This document shows positions 58,866 to 64,000 of a stretch of DNA of 64,000 bases, one piece after another; positions within the stretch are counted from its first letter, which is position 1; every line of letters begins with the position of its first letter. The notes beneath the pieces are model-generated. The model did not search any database and had not been told where the DNA came from. It saw nothing but the letters and a program-made list of their open reading frames with translations. The position numbers and the translations under genes were made by a program. Origin of the DNA: an uncultured Oscillospiraceae bacterium (GTDB lineage Bacteria; Bacillota; Clostridia; Oscillospirales; QAMX01); contig CAYTOF010000002.1 of NCBI GenBank assembly GCA_964439435.1, positions 4,033 to 68,032 on the forward strand, read 5' to 3'.

Positions 58866-61490
58866 ATGAAATCAAAAAATGAGACATATACCCCTATGAT
58901 GCGTCAATATCTTGCGATAAAAGAGAACAATCGAGATGCTTTTTTGTTTTATCGTATGGGTGATTTTTATGAAATGTTTTTTGAAGATGCGGAAAAAGCA
59001 TCAAAATTACTTGATCTTGTGCTTACAGGTCGTGACTGTGGAACTGATAAAAGAGCTCCGATGTGTGGCGTTCCGCATCATAGCGCTGAAGGATATATCA
59101 ACAAATTGGTTTCAATGGGCCATAAAGTTGCAGTTTGTGAGCAACTGGAAGATGCAGCAGTAGCAAAAGGACTTGTAAAACGCGATGTTGTTCGGAAAAT
59201 CACTCCCGGCACAGTTATGAGCACCAGTGTATTGGAAGAAAGAAAAAACAACTATTTGGCATCGATTGTTGTTGAGAGTGATCACGCCGGTCTGTGCTTT
59301 GCTGATGTGTCTGCCGGCACCCTGCGGGCGACAGAAATTAAATCGGATAAAAAAATCATTCAAAGCATATTGGATGAAATTTCAGCATATGCACCAAGTG
59401 AAGTAGTTTTAAATGATGGGGATGAAAAGGTAGCTGAGCTATTAAAAGAGCTTTCAGAGCTTTCAATATACTGCCACCTGACAGACGAATCTTTGATCGA
59501 TGAAGCTAAATATCTTGATAAAATTCCGGGTTTGAATAACAGCGCGAACAAGATTTCAAACGTGACAAGGCAAGCGATTTCTCAATTGTATTTTTATCTT
59601 GACGACATAGTTCGAGATGACTTAACACATATGCGAGAAATTGAACTTTATGGAATAGAAAGATATATGGATTTACCGTCGAAAACCCGTAAATCCCTTG
59701 AATTGACCGAATCGCTTTCCGGAGGGACGAAAAAAGGGAGCTTACTAAGCACACTAGATAAAACGAAAACCGCGATGGGCAGTAGGTTATTACGGACCTG
59801 GATAGAGCGCCCATTGGCGGAATTACCGGAAATAACGAGAAGGCAAAATGCGGTTTCTGAATTATTGACTGATACTGTTTTAAGAAGTGAACTTTGCAAC
59901 AATCTTGCCGGCATACAGGATGTCGAAAGAATCATGGGCCAAATTGCCTATGGAAGTGCAAATGCGAGAACGCTATTGGCACTTGGGAAGACAATTTCGG
60001 AATTGCCAAAAATTAAAATATTGATTGCTGATATGAACTGTGATGAACTCCGCGGAATCCATAATAATCTTGACGAGATGCCTGAGTTGCGTGATTTGTT
60101 AAACGCAACAATTGTTGAAGAACCGCCCTTGTCTGTTCGTGAAGGCGGGATAATAAAAGATGGCGTAAATGAGCAACTTGACAGACAAAGATATATTGCC
60201 CAAAATAGTAGAACCTTGATTGCTGAACTTGAGATCAAAGAACGTGAACGAACAGGAGCAAAAAATCTTAAAATAGGATACAATCGTGTATTTGGTTATT
60301 ATTTAGAAATATCAAAATCTTTTTCCGGAGAAGTGCCTGAGGACTATATAAGAAAGCAAACGATTTCCACAGGGGAGAGATATATTACACCGGAATTGAA
60401 AGAACTAGAGAACACGATATTGAATAGCGATGAAGAAATTCGGACTCTTGAATACGAGATTTTTTGTAGTTTGAGAGATACAGTCAAAGAAAAAAGTGCA
60501 GATTTGATGGCTACCGCGGCGGCAATAGCTCGTTTGGATGCTCTTGCAGGACTTGCACAAGCGGCATTTGAACTCAATTATGTTAGACCCGAAGTTGATT
60601 TATCAGATGATATACACATACACGACGGAAGACACCCTGTAGTTGAATCTATGTCAGGACACTCCTTGTTTGTACCCAATGATACTTTTCTTGATTGCAA
60701 AGATAATCGCCTTACAATCATTACAGGTCCCAATATGGCAGGGAAATCGACCTATATGCGGCAGACCGCTTTGATAGTGATTTTGGCACAAACAGGGAGT
60801 TTTGTGCCGGCTACGCAAGCGCGAATAGGTCTGGTAGATGGCATATATACAAGATTTGGATCATATGATGAGCTTTTTGCAGGACGTTCGACGTTTATGG
60901 TAGAGATGAGTGAAACAGCACAGATATTAAATGATGCAACTAAAAAAAGTCTGCTGATATTTGACGAAATAGGTCGCGGCACATCCACTTTTGATGGGAT
61001 GGCAATTGCTCGCGCAATACTTGAATATATAGTAAAATCAATTGGTGCTAAGACAATGTTTTCAACCCATTATCATGAATTGACAAATATTGAAAACGCT
61101 CTGAGCGGTGTAAAAAACTACAACATTACTGCTAAAAAACGAAATAACGAAATCATATTCTTGAGAAAAGTGGTCAGAGGAGGAGCAGACGACAGTTATG
61201 GAATAGAAGTCGGACAACTGGCGGGACTACCTTCTAGAGTGATTTCGAGAGCAAAAACCGTACTCGAAGAACTTGAAAGAAATGATGAAAGAGGAAACTT
61301 AGCCTCAAAAACGCCAAGCAAAATTACTGAAAAGCAAAACCCGACGCAGTTTTCTTTAGATGAAGATAAAAAGGAAGTTTTATTAGAGAGACTGGCAGCG
61401 TTGCAACCTGAGGTTATGACACCACTTGAAGCGATGAATACCCTATATAAATTATCCAAAGAAGCAGAAGATCTTATTCAAGATATTTAA
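58866..61490 (+). CDS. mutS: DNA mismatch repair protein MutS
   Basis: 874 aa. TPMMRQYL..FYRMGDFYEMF mismatch-binding motif, Walker A GPNMAGKST and DEIGRGTSTFDG. Confidence 0.96.
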   Translation: MKSKNETYTPMMRQYLAIKENNRDAFLFYRMGDFYEMFFEDAEKASKLLDLVLTGRDCGTDKRAPMCGVPHHSAEGYINKLVSMGHKVAVCEQLEDAAVAKGLVKRDVVRKITPGTVMSTSVLEERKNNYLASIVVESDHAGLCFADVSAGTLRATEIKSDKKIIQSILDEISAYAPSEVVLNDGDEKVAELLKELSELSIYCHLTDESLIDEAKYLDKIPGLNNSANKISNVTRQAISQLYFYLDDIVRDDLTHMREIELYGIERYMDLPSKTRKSLELTESLSGGTKKGSLLSTLDKTKTAMGSRLLRTWIERPLAELPEITRRQNAVSELLTDTVLRSELCNNLAGIQDVERIMGQIAYGSANARTLLALGKTISELPKIKILIADMNCDELRGIHNNLDEMPELRDLLNATIVEEPPLSVREGGIIKDGVNEQLDRQRYIAQNSRTLIAELEIKERERTGAKNLKIGYNRVFGYYLEISKSFSGEVPEDYIRKQTISTGERYITPELKELENTILNSDEEIRTLEYEIFCSLRDTVKEKSADLMATAAAIARLDALAGLAQAAFELNYVRPEVDLSDDIHIHDGRHPVVESMSGHSLFVPNDTFLDCKDNRLTIITGPNMAGKSTYMRQTALIVILAQTGSFVPATQARIGLVDGIYTRFGSYDELFAGRSTFMVEMSETAQILNDATKKSLLIFDEIGRGTSTFDGMAIARAILEYIVKSIGAKTMFSTHYHELTNIENALSGVKNYNITAKKRNNEIIFLRKVVRGGADDSYGIEVGQLAGLPSRVISRAKTVLEELERNDERGNLASKTPSKITEKQNPTQFSLDEDKKEVLLERLAALQPEVMTPLEAMNTLYKLSKEAEDLIQDI

Positions 61491-61539
61491 ATATTATCAG
61501 ACATTGAAAACAACTATTTTGTCAGAAAGGAGGGGAAAA

Positions 61540-63543
61540 ATGGAGAAGATAAAAAAACTTTCCAGTCATATGACAAACCTTATAGCAGCCGGGGAAGTCG
61601 TGGAGAGACCGGCTTCAGTTGTTAAGGAACTGGTAGAGAATTCCCTTGATGCAAAAGCTAAAAATATAACTATCGAAATACAAAAAGGCGGAATAACATA
61701 TATACGTATTACTGACGATGGCCACGGTATTGATCACTCTGAAATTGAGACGGCATTTGACCGTTATGCTACAAGCAAACTATTCAACGAAGAGGACCTC
61801 CTTGAGATAAACACGATGGGGTTTCGCGGGGAAGCTCTGGCAGCAATTGCTGCTGTGTCTAAAGTCTCTCTGATATCAAGAACAAAAGAAAATGAATTTG
61901 GAGGAAAAGTCGTTGTAGAAGGTGGAAATAAAAAAGAGAATACGAGCGTTGGTTGCCCACTTGGTACCACAATTATAGTTAGAGATTTATTTTACAACAC
62001 TCCTGCACGATTTAAATTTTTGCGAAAAGATTCCACAGAAGGAGCATATATACAAACATCTCTAACAAAGCTTTCCCTTTCAAGGCCTGATGTAAGTTTT
62101 AGTTTCATAAAAGATGGAAAAACCATATTCCATACTCCGGGAGATCATTCTCTGCACACAGCAATTTATTGTCTCATTGGAAAAGAAATTGCATCCTCAC
62201 TAATTGAAATAAGCTACAAGGTTGATGATGTAATTGTGCACGGTTTTGTTTCTCAGCCTACTGTATTTAGAGCCAACAGGTCTTCTCAACATTTTTTTGT
62301 AAATCAAAGGCCTGTTAGAAATCTCACAATTCAAAGCGCTCTGGAGGAAGCTTTTCGAGGACACTTGGTAACCGGAAAATTTCCCATTGCATTCATAAAT
62401 ATTAACGTTACACCAAGCAATGTGGATGTCAATGTGCATCCGGCTAAAGTTGAGATCAAATTTGCTTTTGAAAGGCGAATTTTTGAAGCTGTTTATTATG
62501 GAGTAAAAACAGCGATAGCTAAGCATAACGAAAACGCCATATCTGTTCACAAAAAAACAGAACAAAATGCATCTGAAGTAAATAGCAGTGATATTGGAAA
62601 ATCTGAGATCACGGAAAAGAACTTGGATGTAAAAGCTGATTCGATGATGAGAGAAGAAAGCAAAATACATAATACTTATAGCATGGCTTCAAACACTCAA
62701 ATTTTCGAAAACAATAATAAAGATATGCGGACTTATCAAGAGGGGATTTTGAATTTTCAAATCAAAAGGAATGATGAATCAAGACCTGAAACGGTCTTGG
62801 CTCAGAACGCTTCTTTTAAGCCCATATATGTTGATGTGTTCGATGAACAAAGTCAAGAAGACACGCACAAAAGCAACGAAGACTCAGATAATCTGAAAGA
62901 AATGCCGATTGGCCCATCGAAACGTTTGAGTGATGATAGTAATATCAGTGTAAAAAGTGCTGATGTTGATGAAAACACGGATGTTTTCAGAGTATTGGGA
63001 GAAGTTTTTGGGACCTATATTCTGATTGAAACAGATGACGAATTAATTATACTGGATAAACACGCTGCTCACGAGCGCATAAAGTACGATGAAATAAAAA
63101 TGTTAGATGAACATGTTTCATCGCAGACGTTGCTTGAGCCTGTCATAACAGTGTACCCTGCGGAAGGAAAGGAGATGCTGTTGGAGCATATAGGGATGTT
63201 AAACAAACTCGGATTCGAAATTGAAGATTTTGGTGGAGCAAGTATTATCATTCGTGCTCTGCCTGATTATTATGATTCTGAAACAGCAATTACAGCAATT
63301 TCAGAAATTGTTGAAGCATTGAATATGAACAAAACACCTGAAGACAAAAAAGAAAATATTATTAAGCTGCTTGCTTGCCAAGCGGCGATTAAAGGAGGCA
63401 GTGATTCAGACATTATGGAACTTGAGGCACTCACAAGAGCCATTTTGTCCGGAAAAGCAATGCTTTATTGCCCTCACGGTCGTCCGATTATTGACGTTAT
63501 AACGAGGACTGCCTTGGAGAAGAAATTTCTCAGAATAACATGA
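61540..63543 (+). CDS. mutL: DNA mismatch repair protein MutL
   Basis: GHKL ATPase N-terminus (IAAGEVVERPASVVKELVENSLDA, DDGHGI, GFRGEAL), a long low-complexity linker and a C-terminal dimerisation/endonuclease domain (DKHAAHERI). ATG at 61540 follows GGAGGGG. Confidence 0.95.
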   Translation: MEKIKKLSSHMTNLIAAGEVVERPASVVKELVENSLDAKAKNITIEIQKGGITYIRITDDGHGIDHSEIETAFDRYATSKLFNEEDLLEINTMGFRGEALAAIAAVSKVSLISRTKENEFGGKVVVEGGNKKENTSVGCPLGTTIIVRDLFYNTPARFKFLRKDSTEGAYIQTSLTKLSLSRPDVSFSFIKDGKTIFHTPGDHSLHTAIYCLIGKEIASSLIEISYKVDDVIVHGFVSQPTVFRANRSSQHFFVNQRPVRNLTIQSALEEAFRGHLVTGKFPIAFININVTPSNVDVNVHPAKVEIKFAFERRIFEAVYYGVKTAIAKHNENAISVHKKTEQNASEVNSSDIGKSEITEKNLDVKADSMMREESKIHNTYSMASNTQIFENNNKDMRTYQEGILNFQIKRNDESRPETVLAQNASFKPIYVDVFDEQSQEDTHKSNEDSDNLKEMPIGPSKRLSDDSNISVKSADVDENTDVFRVLGEVFGTYILIETDDELIILDKHAAHERIKYDEIKMLDEHVSSQTLLEPVITVYPAEGKEMLLEHIGMLNKLGFEIEDFGGASIIIRALPDYYDSETAITAISEIVEALNMNKTPEDKKENIIKLLACQAAIKGGSDSDIMELEALTRAILSGKAMLYCPHGRPIIDVITRTALEKKFLRIT

Positions 63544-64000
63544 ATGTAAATAGAAATAAAGCAGACAAACGGACAAAAGACAAAATAATATGTATTGTTG
63601 GGCCTACCGCGACAGGGAAAAGTGAATTGGCTGTCGATATGAGCATGGAGATATCCGGAGAAATCGTATCAGCAGACTCAATGCAGTTGTATAAAGGCAT
63701 GGATATAGGAACAGCCAAAGCCGATGCAAGAGCCCAAAGCCTTGTCCGACATCATATGATTGATATTTTAGATCCATTTGAGGATTGTTCTGTACAAAAA
63801 TATGTAAACTTAGCTACTGCCACAATACAAGATATACTACAACGTGGAAAAACTCCGGTTGTTGTAGGGGGTACCGGCCTTTTTGTGAATGCGATTATTA
63901 AAGGAAACAAATTCGCCCCAACTCCCCAAAACAGAGAATTTCGAGAGATGATGCTCGCCTTTGTCGAAAAGAAAGGAACGGATGCACTTTATACTCTATT
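63540..64000 (+). CDS. miaA: tRNA dimethylallyltransferase (N-terminal part; continues beyond window end)
   Basis: Absent from the track because it is open at the window end. Manual translation from the ATG at 63540, which overlaps the mutL stop (ATGA), gives MNVNRNKADKRTKDKIICIVGPTATGKSELAVD...SADSMQLYKGMDIGTAK...VVVGGTGLF, the canonical MiaA P-loop and motifs. Confidence 0.9.
   Translation, partial: MNVNRNKADKRTKDKIICIVGPTATGKSELAVDMSMEISGEIVSADSMQLYKGMDIGTAKADARAQSLVRHHMIDILDPFEDCSVQKYVNLATATIQDILQRGKTPVVVGGTGLFVNAIIKGNKFAPTPQNREFREMMLAFVEKKGTDALYTL

Noticed and set aside
1-64000. I looked across the whole window for CRISPR arrays, IS elements or transposases, integrases, phage genes, toxin-antitoxin pairs, known defence-system proteins, and rRNA or tRNA genes.
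   Set aside because: None were seen. The hairpins found have unrelated sequences (not a REP-like family), and all large ORFs have housekeeping or metabolic identities.

Overview
This window looks like ordinary chromosomal core from an AT-rich, Gram-positive, spore-forming Clostridia-type bacterium. That placement rests on spoVT, a GerMN-domain protein, hisZ paired with short-form hisG, DUF1934-argS, ECF S-components and miaB-mutS-mutL-miaA synteny. About 52 protein-coding genes are packed tightly with short intergenic gaps. They include four aminoacyl-tRNA synthetases (trpS, asnS, argS; hisZ is a paralog) and cell-wall genes (mreB, murC, murD, ddl, murI, a D-Ala-D-Ala carboxypeptidase, VanW). 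They also include DNA repair genes (recD2, mutS, mutL), a his operon (hisZGDCB-FIE), purB, a PPi-type phosphofructokinase, a GH38 alpha-mannosidase and uxaC. I found no rRNA, tRNA, CRISPR array, transposase, integrase, phage gene or recognisable defence system. TGA is used as a normal stop (trpS, hisG, mutL). I do not see a convincing novel multi-gene system. The points worth a second look are listed here. (1) A BNR/sialidase-like gene is inactivated by two in-frame TGA codons and two frameshifts. (2) A GH109-like Gfo/Idh/MocA gene is split by a 1-nt frameshift in a short homopolymer. (3) The his operon lacks hisH and hisA. (4) A translationally coupled amidohydrolase-SIS-PfkB module sits directly after hisE. 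(5) A WalRK-like two-component operon is flanked by a secreted HhH protein and a GerMN protein, divergent from a carboxypeptidase-ABC-F-DUF218 operon. (6) Two adjacent membrane proteins carry zinc ribbons in mirror-image arrangement. All functional calls come from motif recognition in the supplied translations; no database search was possible.
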